Shown: positions 7,996 through 15,587 of the stretch, one piece after another
Numbering within the stretch: the first letter of the stretch is position 1
Layout of the letters: every line of letters starts with the position of its first letter
IMG/VR virus record: IMGVR_UViG_3300032225_001439
Coordinates: 1-30,717 of that record
Origin: a virus
Lineage: Duplodnaviria > Caudoviricetes
Direction: 5' to 3' (one strand)
Length of the DNA: 30,717 bases
Program-made: the position numbers and the translations under genes
The notes under the pieces: model-generated
Seen by the model: the letters and a program-made list of their open reading frames with translations, nothing else
Databases searched by the model: none
Told to the model about the DNA's origin: nothing

Positions 7996-8889
7996 TCACT
8001 GCCCTGGGCATGTGGGTGATGGTGCCAGCGGTGTGGGCACCGCCAGCTGTTGCTGCACGATGGTGGGGTCGAAATAGTGGCGGGGGCCAATCCGGCTGCC
8101 GGGCATGTGCCCGAGGTGGCGGCTGCCCTGGCCAGGGTGGTGGCGCTCCACATCCGAGGCTGATGCTTTGCGCAACCACTTCCAGGTGCCCGGGCGGATG
8201 CCAGATTTTTTGACTAGGAGTTTGACCTGCCGCCGGAATGTTTCGCCGCTGCCATCCCACGGTCTGCAGAGCTGCCGGGGCACCAGCTCCAACGTGTGAC
8301 GCAGGAGCGCCATGGTGGCCGGGCTCAGCTGCCCGATGTGCCCGTAGCGGGTTTTGTGCTGGCTGAGTGTGATGAGCCCATTGGCGCTCACCTGGCTCAC
8401 CTGGAGCCTGAGCTGGTCACCGAGGCGCAGCCCACTATCCCAGGCAATGCGCACCGCCAACTCCCACCACAGGCTGCGCCGCAATCCGCAGGCATGGCCG
8501 CGCGGGAGTTTCGCGCATGTGTTGGCCAGCTGCTGCACCTCCTCCACGGTCCAGGCGGTGGGTGGCACCCAGCCAACGCGCACCGGGCGCACGCGCCTGG
8601 CTGGCAAATCACACAGGCCCTCATCACTCGCCTGCCTCCACATGGTGAGGATGTGGCACCGTTTTGATTTGACGGTGTGCGCGGCCACTCCCGTGGCAGC
8701 GTAGTCACGCAGCCACGCGCTCACGCTCTCTGCGTCCAGCTCGGTGAGTGGCACGGGCGCACCAGCCCAGCGCTCAAACAGGCTTACGCTGATGGAATAC
8801 TGCCGCAGCGTTTCTGGCGCGACATCGTGAAACAGGGAATAGGAGGCGCAGTATTGGCCAAGGGTCTGCGGGCCCGCTTTGCGAAACAT
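7996..8889 (-). CDS. int: Tyrosine recombinase / phage integrase
   Basis: SGLRLGD (Arg I), QHKT (Lys), KWLRK (HxxR variant), LGH and RHYFD (Tyr); core-binding domain upstream; adjacent to a tRNA 3' fragment. Confidence 0.9.
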   Translation of the reverse strand: MFRKAGPQTLGQYCASYSLFHDVAPETLRQYSISVSLFERWAGAPVPLTELDAESVSAWLRDYAATGVAAHTVKSKRCHILTMWRQASDEGLCDLPARRVRPVRVGWVPPTAWTVEEVQQLANTCAKLPRGHACGLRRSLWWELAVRIAWDSGLRLGDQLRLQVSQVSANGLITLSQHKTRYGHIGQLSPATMALLRHTLELVPRQLCRPWDGSGETFRRQVKLLVKKSGIRPGTWKWLRKASASDVERHHPGQGSRHLGHMPGSRIGPRHYFDPTIVQQQLAVPTPLAPSPTCPGQ

Positions 8890-9131
8890 CTGTGTGCATC
8901 AATGTGGGCGGTGGCACCCACTGCCAGTGCGGGCACCACCACAGCTACTAGCCCCCACTCCATGAGGGCCACCAGGGCGACAATCATCCACCGAATCAGC
9001 TAGCGCGCTATCCCCTCAATCGGGCGCGCGTGCCCCCACCGCGCGGGGCTCTGCCAATACACACGGACCAACCAAAACATTCCGCACAACGCGCACAACC
9101 CTCATAGGTGATGCCACCCCTCAAAGGTATT

Positions 9132-9181
9132 GCATCGGTCTACGGAACCGAAGGTTGAAGGTTCGAGCCCTTCCGGGTGTA
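9132..9181 (+). other. attP core: 3' two-thirds of tRNA-Arg(ACG)
   Basis: Anticodon arm TCGGT-CTACGGA-ACCGA, variable AGGTT, T arm GAAGG-TTCGAGC-CCTTC, 3' acceptor strand CGGGTGT-A; no proper D arm or matching 5' acceptor strand upstream. Confidence 0.85.
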
Positions 9182-9183
9182 TT

Positions 9184-9208
9184 GCACCCCCCAAATGATT
9201 GGGGGTGC
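9184..9208. terminator. Hairpin immediately after the att core
   Basis: GCACCCCC / GGGGGTGC 8-bp stem; no clear U tract. Confidence 0.4.
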
Positions 9209-9248
9209 TCAGTGGGTTGTCAACAGCCGCACACATAGGAGCCAAACC

Positions 9249-9509
9249 ATGCGAAGGACCGCAGCGCGACACTCTGGACACCCGGCAGCTGGAGGCAGGC
9301 CCCGCAGTGTCAGCCTGTGCGTCATGGGGGAGCGCATTGAGCGCCTGGCCAAACGGCGCGGGCTGTCGCGCGATGAGCTGGCGGCGTTGGCTGAACTAAG
9401 CACCTCGGGCCTGCACGGAATCCTCATCGGCAGAAACCGCCCCCGCCTCGACACCGCTGCCAAGCTGGCCGAGGCCCTCGGGGTGCCACTCACAAAGCTG
9501 GTGGGCTGA
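9249..9509 (+). CDS. XRE/Cro-CI family HTH regulator
   Basis: GERIERLAKRRGLSRDELAALAELSTSGLHGILIGRNRPRLDTAAKLAEALGV; AGGAG before ATG 9249 (alternative start 9324). Confidence 0.88.
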   Translation: MRRTAARHSGHPAAGGRPRSVSLCVMGERIERLAKRRGLSRDELAALAELSTSGLHGILIGRNRPRLDTAAKLAEALGVPLTKLVG

Positions 9510-9810
9510 GGGGCTTGTCACCCGTTTCAGCGTCGTATACCTGGATGGCTCGCCGCATCTTGGTTGCCATCCCTGCAGCCTGGCGTGGCGTCAAATCGTA
9601 GCGAACGACGATATTGGCAAGGGTCCACAAACCGTCTGCGGCACGCAGGTCGTTCGTCACATGCACGCGGTTTAGGTTGTTCTCAACCTTGAATAAGTAT
9701 TCGCCCAGCCGGTGCTTTCCGTAGGTTGCTTTCACGCGACGATAATCGTCTGCGGTGGCCCACGAACATCCCATCCACCATCCCGCTGATATTTCTTTGC
9801 CAAAACCCAT
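9490..9810 (-). CDS. Hypothetical protein
   Basis: 106-aa ORF with GAGG before the ATG; visibly different codon style from flanking genes. Confidence 0.6.
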   Translation of the reverse strand: MGFGKEISAGWWMGCSWATADDYRRVKATYGKHRLGEYLFKVENNLNRVHVTNDLRAADGLWTLANIVVRYDLTPRQAAGMATKMRRAIQVYDAETGDKPLSPPAL

Positions 9811-9819
9811 TTGCGCCTC

Positions 9820-10134
9820 TTATACCGTGCCGTGCGCTGGAGGCTCGGGCAGCGGCCTCCAATGTGTGACATTGCTAAAGGCGACAATCCCAGCCCAAGC
9901 TATACCACCATCCCGCCGGTCCTTAAACACCATCCACCACGGCTCTGGCAATCCGTCTTCAATACCTGGGAAGCGTATTTCTCCTGCCGATACGCAGCCG
10001 TTCGTAGCCACAAGAACGGTGGCGTATTCTTCCGGCAACCGCTCCGCCACCGCAATCCAACCATCCGGTTTCGCCGGATAGTTCTCACCAGAACCAGCCG
10101 ATGCAACGGACGGCCCTGCTGCGTCATGCGTCAT
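9820..10134 (-). CDS. DUF551-like phage protein
   Basis: WIAVAERLPE...VLV...VTHWRPLPEPP signature; GGAG before ATG 10134. Confidence 0.8.
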   Translation of the reverse strand: MTHDAAGPSVASAGSGENYPAKPDGWIAVAERLPEEYATVLVATNGCVSAGEIRFPGIEDGLPEPWWMVFKDRRDGGIAWAGIVAFSNVTHWRPLPEPPAHGTV

Positions 10135-10244
10135 GGTGAATACTCCGGTGGCCGCCGTTCATTTGCGGTGAGCGTGTGGCGCATTTTCCTGGTTCCTGAT
10201 TGTTTGCAAACCCCAAAACCGTTGCCGGTGCAGTTGTTTTTCGG

Positions 10245-10299
10245 TTATTCGCAAATGCGGAAAACTGCCCTTGACGGGTTTTCCGCAAATGCGAAAAAT
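10245..10299 (+). promoter_or_regulatory. Early rightward promoter with two operator-like sites
   Basis: TTGACG (10271-10276)-17 nt-AAAAAT; pseudo-palindromes TTATTCGCAAATGCGGAAAA (10245-10264) and TTTTCCGCAAATGCGAAAAA (10279-10298). Confidence 0.65.
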
Positions 10300-10305
10300 C
10301 TCCCC

Positions 10306-10420
10306 CCGTGTGGGCCAGGAGGCCCACGGAACCCACGGGCATGGAGGCACTGGTGGATAGCCGAGACAATCAGCCAGCGGCATCCTGCTCACACTCTCAA
10401 GCAGGAGGTGCAACGGATGG
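10306..10420 (+). promoter_or_regulatory. GGA-rich leader with candidate CsrA-binding hairpins
   Basis: GTGGGCC-AGGA-GGCCCAC hairpin at 10310-10327; six GGA in total, the last overlapping ATG 10417 (ACGGATG). Confidence 0.55.
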
Positions 10421-10602
10421 CATCACTGGAATCCAATCGGGGGCGCGGTGGCCTCAACACATCACCACCGCTGCCAACCCCGCGCGAGATACGGGCACAG
10501 CTGGCAGCCATTCAGCGCGAGTGGTCACCACACACCAAGCAGATGCGCTGGCAAATGGCGCGCCTGGTCAGGCGCAGGCTATTGAAAACGCCACCGCTGT
10601 AG
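10417..10602 (+). CDS. Small basic hypothetical protein (PTPREIR...IQREWS motif)
   Basis: AGGAGG before ATG 10417; first gene of the early operon. Confidence 0.7.
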   Translation: MASLESNRGRGGLNTSPPLPTPREIRAQLAAIQREWSPHTKQMRWQMARLVRRRLLKTPPL

Positions 10603-10949
10603 CGCTCAGGCTCATCAACCTGGCTGAGCTGTGCGTGGGCTGCCCAGGCGGTGCGCCGCTTGCGCAGTGGGACCACACCCACCTCACGCTGGAGGAGCGT
10701 GCCAGCGCGTGTGACCCAGTGGCGTTTTTTGACGCGCTGGTGGAGGCCATCCATGACCTGGAGCGTGTGCGGGATGAGCTGGATGCGGCGCTAGTCAGTG
10801 ACGGTGGGCCCATCCGCGCAGCCAAAGGCACAGCCACCAGGCTGGCTGAGCTGCACGCCAGAGCGCTCACCGGAAGGAGTTTGTTTCCGTTAGGAGGCCC
10901 TGCCAACGGATTGGCAGGGAGAGGAGCCCCGGGGACCGGGGCGCATTAG
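10581..10949 (+). CDS. Hypothetical protein, start uncertain
   Basis: Open frame of ORF 10308..10949 covering the gap between the previous gene and csrA; helical ...FFDALVEAIHDLERVRDELD...; no clear canonical start near 10581. Confidence 0.5.
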   Translation: MENATAVALRLINLAELCVGCPGGAPLAQWDHTHLTLEERASACDPVAFFDALVEAIHDLERVRDELDAALVSDGGPIRAAKGTATRLAELHARALTGRSLFPLGGPANGLAGRGAPGTGAH

Positions 10950-11002
10950 GAGCGTTTGCCCCCGGTGGCCACGGCAGGCCCCGGGGCGGCGCAGGGAGGC
11001 GC
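10871..11002 (+). promoter_or_regulatory. Cluster of GGA-loop hairpins upstream of csrA
   Basis: CCCTGCCAA-CGGA-TTGGCAGGG (10898-10919), GCCCCGG-GGA-CCGGGGC (10926-10942), GCGC-AGGGAG-GCGC (10989-11002, the SD); nine GGA in about 130 nt. Confidence 0.65.
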
Positions 11003-11003
11003 A

Positions 11004-11243
11004 ATGCTTGTTCTGAGCAGACGGGTGGAGGAGGCGCTGGTTTTTCCTGACCTGGAGGTGGTGGTGGTTGTCACCGGCATCGACCAGGGAAAGGTGCGCC
11101 TCGGAATTGTGGCACCGGAAAAGGTGCGCGTTTTTCGTGAGGAGATTTGGAACCGGATGGACCCATGGGAGGTGCAGGAAAAGCCTGGCGCGTTGCCAGG
11201 TGGAGCGGCACCAGAGCAGGAGGAGAGTGGCAATGAGTGCTAA
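11004..11243 (+). CDS. csrA: Carbon storage regulator CsrA/RsmA homologue
   Basis: MLVLSRRVEEALVF...VTGIDQGKVRLGIVAPEKVRVFREEI matches the CsrA consensus MLxLxR...VRxGIxAP...VxREE. Confidence 0.92.
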   Translation: MLVLSRRVEEALVFPDLEVVVVVTGIDQGKVRLGIVAPEKVRVFREEIWNRMDPWEVQEKPGALPGGAAPEQEESGNEC

Positions 11244-12123
11244 CGGATTTTCGAGAGCAACAAAGCAGAGCGCCAAATTTCGCGGCGCGTTTTTCGGGCC
11301 CAGCGGTGCGGGCAAAACTTTCACCACGCTGCGTGTTGGAAAGGGGCTCGCGCGCGGTGGCCGCATCGGGCTCATCGACACCGAGCGCGGCAGTGCCAGC
11401 AAATACGCAGACCGTTTCCAGTTTGATGTGTTGGAGCTGGCCGACAAGAGCATCGATGGCTATTGCAACGCCATCCGCATGGCAGCAGAGGCTGGGTTTG
11501 CCGTTCTCATCATCGACAGCATGAGCCACGCATGGGATGCGTTGCAGGAGCATGTGGACCAGCTGGCCCGCACCAAGTACCGGGGCAACAGCTGGAGCGC
11601 GTGGAGTGAGGGCAGCCCACTCCAGCGCCGTTTCATCGATGCCATCCTCAGTTTCCGGGGGCACATCCTGGTGACGATGAGGAGCAAAACGGAGTGGAAA
11701 ACATCCGAGAGCAACGGCAAGGCCAAGCCCGAGCGCGTGGGCCTGGCCCCGATGCAGCGCGCGGGCACGGAGTATGAGTTTGATTTCTTGATTGAGCTGA
11801 CCACCGAGCATCTGGCCACGGTCATCAAAGACCGCACCGGGCGGTGGCAGGATAAAATCATCGACAAGCCAGGTGAGGCCCTCGGGGAGAGCCTGGCCGA
11901 TTGGCTCAGCGAGGGTGCCGCGCCTGCGGCGGTCCCAGCGCCAGCGCCGGTGGCAGACATCGGGCCCACGCTGGCAGCCATTGCCAGCGCCACGGCGCAG
12001 GCCCTGGATGGGCTCACGCCCAAAATCGGGCAGCGGCTGATGCGCGGTGAAATCACCACCGAGCAGGCTGACACGCTGAGGCTGGCCATCGAAACCCGCA
12101 GGGAGGCGGTGAGCAATGCCTAG
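11233..12123 (+). CDS. Phage AAA ATPase (AAA_24, Sak4-like recombination protein)
   Basis: Walker A GPSGAGKT, IDTERGS, Walker B LIIDSMSHAW, EYEFD; lies just upstream of an SSB-like gene. Confidence 0.85.
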   Translation: MSANGFSRATKQSAKFRGAFFGPSGAGKTFTTLRVGKGLARGGRIGLIDTERGSASKYADRFQFDVLELADKSIDGYCNAIRMAAEAGFAVLIIDSMSHAWDALQEHVDQLARTKYRGNSWSAWSEGSPLQRRFIDAILSFRGHILVTMRSKTEWKTSESNGKAKPERVGLAPMQRAGTEYEFDFLIELTTEHLATVIKDRTGRWQDKIIDKPGEALGESLADWLSEGAAPAAVPAPAPVADIGPTLAAIASATAQALDGLTPKIGQRLMRGEITTEQADTLRLAIETRREAVSNA

Positions 12124-12397
12124 CCAGCAGGCGCTCAGTGACACGGTGCGGGACTGCGTTGCACGGGGGCTCACAGCCGAGCAGACAGCTCGGGCCTGTG
12201 GGCGCTCGGTGGAATGGGCCCACTACCAGATTTCGGTGGTGACCGGCGGGCCAGCGCCCGGTGACCCATCACCGGAGCAAATTCGTGCAGTGGCTGATGA
12301 CATCCGCACAGGGCGGGTGGTCATCACTGCAAAACCAGACGGCACGCGCTCTGTGATGCCGGGCAAAGAAAGGAAGTTTTGCCACTATGCAGATTGA
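12116..12397 (+). CDS. Hypothetical protein, possible HTH plus PSPEQIR motif
   Basis: GLTAEQTARACGRSVEW HTH-like segment; overlaps neighbours. Confidence 0.6.
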   Translation: MPSQQALSDTVRDCVARGLTAEQTARACGRSVEWAHYQISVVTGGPAPGDPSPEQIRAVADDIRTGRVVITAKPDGTRSVMPGKERKFCHYAD

Positions 12398-12938
12398 TTG
12401 GGACCAGTTCCCTGGGGATGCCAAGCCGCAGCACCAGCCGCGCGAGTGCCTGCCCGCAGGGTTTCATTTCGGAAAAGTGGAGCTGGTGGAGGAAAAGGCT
12501 GGCTGGCGCATCACCGAGCGCAACCCGAGCGGCCATTGCCTGAGCATCTGGGTGGACGTTGACCACGGCGGGCAGCGCCATCGGGTGTTTGCCAGCGTGG
12601 CCACCAACTGGGTTGCCAAGCTCAGTGAGGTTGCCGCGAGCGCTGGCGTGCCAGGCCCGGTGCGCGGTGAGCCCGTGTGGGATGAGCAGCAGCTGGTGGG
12701 CACTCGGGTCTATGTGGAAACCGGCACCTATGAGGCCAAGTCTGGGCGCGATGCGGGGGCCACCAAACCCAGCATCATCCAGTGGGTGCCCGTGGAGCGC
12801 CAGCCGCGCGACACGGAAACCACGCAGGAGCGCAGGCAGCGGCATGACCCAGAGGAGGTGACCGCACCCAGGGCCAGGCGGGCCACTGCGGCACAGAAAA
12901 TCACAGCCCGTGTGGCTGAGGATGACATCCCGTTTTAA
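12387..12938 (+). CDS. Single-stranded DNA-binding protein-like (DUF669-like)
   Basis: LPAGFH..KVELVEEK N-terminus and acidic C-terminal EDDIPF tail typical of SSBs. Confidence 0.75.
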   Translation: MQIDWDQFPGDAKPQHQPRECLPAGFHFGKVELVEEKAGWRITERNPSGHCLSIWVDVDHGGQRHRVFASVATNWVAKLSEVAASAGVPGPVRGEPVWDEQQLVGTRVYVETGTYEAKSGRDAGATKPSIIQWVPVERQPRDTETTQERRQRHDPEEVTAPRARRATAAQKITARVAEDDIPF

Positions 12939-13037
12939 CCACACCACAGCCAGCCCGGCTGGCTGCGTTGCTTCCATGGCTCACCTCGGTGGCCGTGCAG
13001 CAGCCAGCCGGTGCTGGCGCGACACAGGAGCCATTGC

Positions 13038-13415
13038 ATGGCGCGAGATTCCATATTCCCGATTGCACCAGGCACGGGTGCATTGCCCGAGGGGCGACCA
13101 CCCACCACGTTTGAGTGGAATGAGTTTGAAGCCAGGCTAGACAAACGCCCCCTGCGGTTTGTCTCAGCTGGCGTGCCGCGCACTGGGCGCACGATGCGGC
13201 AGCTGCCCATGGTCACCGATGACCAAGCCCGGGCCTGTGGCCCAAAGCTATTGCGGGCGCTTGAGAGGCTGACACGCGAGGTGGCCCAGCGGGGGCAGCT
13301 GGATGACCTGGTGTTAGTCAGCGCGTGGATGGGGGCGCTGCGCATCATTGACCTGGCAGCGGCGCATGTGGTGGAGGCGGCACCAACAGAGGAGGTGGCG
13401 GATGACAACAGCTGA
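13038..13415 (+). CDS. Hypothetical protein
   Basis: AGGAG before ATG 13038. Confidence 0.6.
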   Translation: MARDSIFPIAPGTGALPEGRPPTTFEWNEFEARLDKRPLRFVSAGVPRTGRTMRQLPMVTDDQARACGPKLLRALERLTREVAQRGQLDDLVLVSAWMGALRIIDLAAAHVVEAAPTEEVADDNS

Positions 13416-13992
13416 GCTGGAGACATTTGCCAGCGTGGGCATGGCGGTGGTGCGCTTCACTGAGGAGCAGCGCGCGGCCATCAACACGCTGGCCAGCATG
13501 GCGGTGCTGGGTGGTGCATCTGACATTTACCACTGCCAGGCCCAGCGCGATGACAACAGCCAGGCCAACCAGGTCACCGGCGCTGCCGGTGAGGCTGCGT
13601 TTTTCGTGTGGGCTGAGGCCCTCGGCAGCGGTGGGTTTCGCGCGTGGGCTGAAGCGCACCAAAATAGGTACACAGCCAAGCTGGATGGCGGTGACAGCGG
13701 GGTGGATTGTGTGCTGGACAGCGGCACGCGCGTCGATGTCAAAGCCTCCGCGTGCCGACAGCTCACGCCTGGCAAGGCGCTCACCATGCACCTCATCGCG
13801 CCGGGCAGGATTGTGCCCGATGTGGCCTATGTGCTGGCGCTCATGGAGCTGGAGGGCACCAGTGCCCCTGCCCAGGTGGTGCTGGCTGGGTGGATGCCCG
13901 GCAGTGAGCTGGAGGGGCGGTGGGACAACCACGGTTTCGCGGGCCCGGCTGCCAGGTGCCGCGACACATACGGCATGGGAGTGCTGCGGTGA
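13402..13992 (+). CDS. Possible PD-(D/E)xK nuclease-fold protein
   Basis: GAAGEAAF...GDSGVD...RVDVKAS pattern; GAGGAGG before ATG 13402. Confidence 0.55.
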   Translation: MTTAELETFASVGMAVVRFTEEQRAAINTLASMAVLGGASDIYHCQAQRDDNSQANQVTGAAGEAAFFVWAEALGSGGFRAWAEAHQNRYTAKLDGGDSGVDCVLDSGTRVDVKASACRQLTPGKALTMHLIAPGRIVPDVAYVLALMELEGTSAPAQVVLAGWMPGSELEGRWDNHGFAGPAARCRDTYGMGVLR

Positions 13993-14189
13993 CGCTGACA
14001 CCGGACCAGTACCGGGAGCAGCGCAGGCGCATGGAGCGCGATGAGGTGGCGGCGCGCAAGTGCCGTGAGGAGCAGCACAGGGATCATGAGCTGGAGCAGT
14101 GCGTCATTGCCTATGTGGCATTTCGCCAGGGTGGCGGGGTGTCCGATTTCCAGGATTTCAAACGTGGCTGGTATGCCACCAGGAGCTGA
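13989..14189 (+). CDS. Small hypothetical protein
   Basis: GTGA overlap at 13989; MTLTPDQYREQRRRMERDE... Confidence 0.6.
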   Translation: MTLTPDQYREQRRRMERDEVAARKCREEQHRDHELEQCVIAYVAFRQGGGVSDFQDFKRGWYATRS

Positions 14190-14192
14190 GCG

Positions 14193-15053
14193 ATGGCTGG
14201 GGAATGGATTCCCGTCGATGTGAACCTGGGCACCAAACCAGAGGTGCAGGAGCTGGTGGCGCTCTCGGGGGAGCCAGTGGAGGTGGTGGTCTACAGGCTG
14301 CTGCAGCTCTGGGGATGGGCAGCCCTCAACACAGCAGATGGGCAACTCAGGGGGACTGCACAAACCCTAGCCAGCGTGTGCGGCGGCACCCCTGAGTTTT
14401 GGTTTCTTGTCCGGGATGTGTCCTGGATTTGTCTGGACGAGCGCGCGCGCACCATCACGATCAGCAACTGGGAGCGCCGGTTTTCGAGCGCTGCCAAGGC
14501 GCGCCAGCGCGACACCGCCCGCAAGCAAACCGAGCGGCGGCAACGGGTTAGGGTGTCCGAAAAATGTCCGAGTGGAGTCGGACAAAATTCGGACCAGAAG
14601 AGAGGACAGTATCCTCCTCCTCCTCAACAGCAGACTGCTGCGCAGGGGAGCAGCCCCGAGCCCCAGCCAGAGCCCGAGCCAGGCCAGGAGTGGCCCACCC
14701 TGCGGGATGCGTGGAATAAAGGCCCTGGCACGCGATATAGGAGCCCACATGCCCCCGAGGTGGCCACGGAGGCCCTCGGGGAGCCTGCGTGGCTCCTGCG
14801 GGCTCTGGAGGCCATCCCCGTGCTGGCCTCGTGCCGCTACTTCACCACCCCGGTTGACATACATCAATTCTGCGGGCCCGGGTTTGTGGATCGGGTGCTG
14901 GCGGGCAAGTACCTGCACCCACCCAAGCAGCGCGGTGGGGCATTGCCAGGCCCGCAACCGGCGCGAGGATTTGAGGGAGATGATGCAGAGAGGTTCCATG
15001 CAACGCAGGTGGCATTGGCCCGCAAGCGCGGACAGGAGGCGGCTGATGCCTAG
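14193..15053 (+). CDS. Phage replication initiator (replisome organiser-like)
   Basis: MAGEWI...KPEV...RLLQLWGWA...ISNWERR N-terminal domain, basic helix and low-complexity linker carrying DNA repeats. Confidence 0.75.
   Translation: MAGEWIPVDVNLGTKPEVQELVALSGEPVEVVVYRLLQLWGWAALNTADGQLRGTAQTLASVCGGTPEFWFLVRDVSWICLDERARTITISNWERRFSSAAKARQRDTARKQTERRQRVRVSEKCPSGVGQNSDQKRGQYPPPPQQQTAAQGSSPEPQPEPEPGQEWPTLRDAWNKGPGTRYRSPHAPEVATEALGEPAWLLRALEAIPVLASCRYFTTPVDIHQFCGPGFVDRVLAGKYLHPPKQRGGALPGPQPARGFEGDDAERFHATQVALARKRGQEAADA
14554..14595. repeat. Iteron-like repeats, candidate replication origin
   Basis: TGTCCGA at 14554 and 14565; inverted copies TCGGACA at 14578 and TCGGACC at 14589. Confidence 0.65.
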
Positions 15054-15360
15054 CGGAGGTGTGCGGGTCATCGGGCAGACGGTGGGCATGGTGCGCCCAG
15101 CTCAGCTGGTGGTGGCATCAGAGCCATGGATTTGGCGCAGGTACGGTGCCCAGGTGCGCGTGGCGGTGCGGCACGGCAGCAGCGCTGAGGCGCAGGAGCC
15201 ACCCCACTCCATGATTGCCCTGAGCCCGGCGCAGGCCCGCGCGGTGGCCGCGCACCTGGAGCTGCTGGCTGACCGAGTGGACGCACATTTTGCGCAGAGG
15301 AAACGCAGAGCAGAGCGGGCGCGTGCCCGCCGCAAAAGCAACAGAGAGGAGGGTTCGTGA
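15046..15360 (+). CDS. Hypothetical protein
   Basis: AGGAGG before ATG 15046; overlaps both neighbours. Confidence 0.6.
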   Translation: MPSGGVRVIGQTVGMVRPAQLVVASEPWIWRRYGAQVRVAVRHGSSAEAQEPPHSMIALSPAQARAVAAHLELLADRVDAHFAQRKRRAERARARRKSNREEGS

Positions 15361-15587
15361 ATCCCGATATCGTCGATCACCCACCGCACTACACCTCACA
15401 TCCCAGCGGTGTGGAGGCCATCACCGTGTGTGAGCATATGAGTTTCAACATCGGTTGCGCTGTCAAATACTGCTGGCGGCAGGGGCTCAAACAGGATGCA
15501 ATCACTGACCTAAAAAAGGCAATCTGGTATCTGCAGCGCGAGGTGGCCCGCCTGGAGGGTCAAGGCAACACAGGAGGTGCAGCATGA
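15357..15587 (+). CDS. DUF3310 (SaV-like) protein
   Basis: VDHPPHYT...GVEAI...GCAVKYCWRQGLK...DLKKAIWYL signature. Confidence 0.88.
   Translation: MNPDIVDHPPHYTSHPSGVEAITVCEHMSFNIGCAVKYCWRQGLKQDAITDLKKAIWYLQREVARLEGQGNTGGAA

Noticed and set aside
8150-8200. Integrase inactivation because HxxR reads KWLR
   Set aside because: Lys at this position is known in tyrosine recombinase/topoisomerase IB relatives, and the other catalytic residues are present.
8784-8987. Hydrophobic 67-aa ORF upstream of the integrase
   Set aside because: Overlaps the integrase start by about 100 nt in another frame and has no clear SD; cannot be supported.
9105-9181. Complete phage tRNA-Arg gene
   Set aside because: The upstream sequence lacks a D arm and a proper 5' acceptor strand; better explained as an att core.
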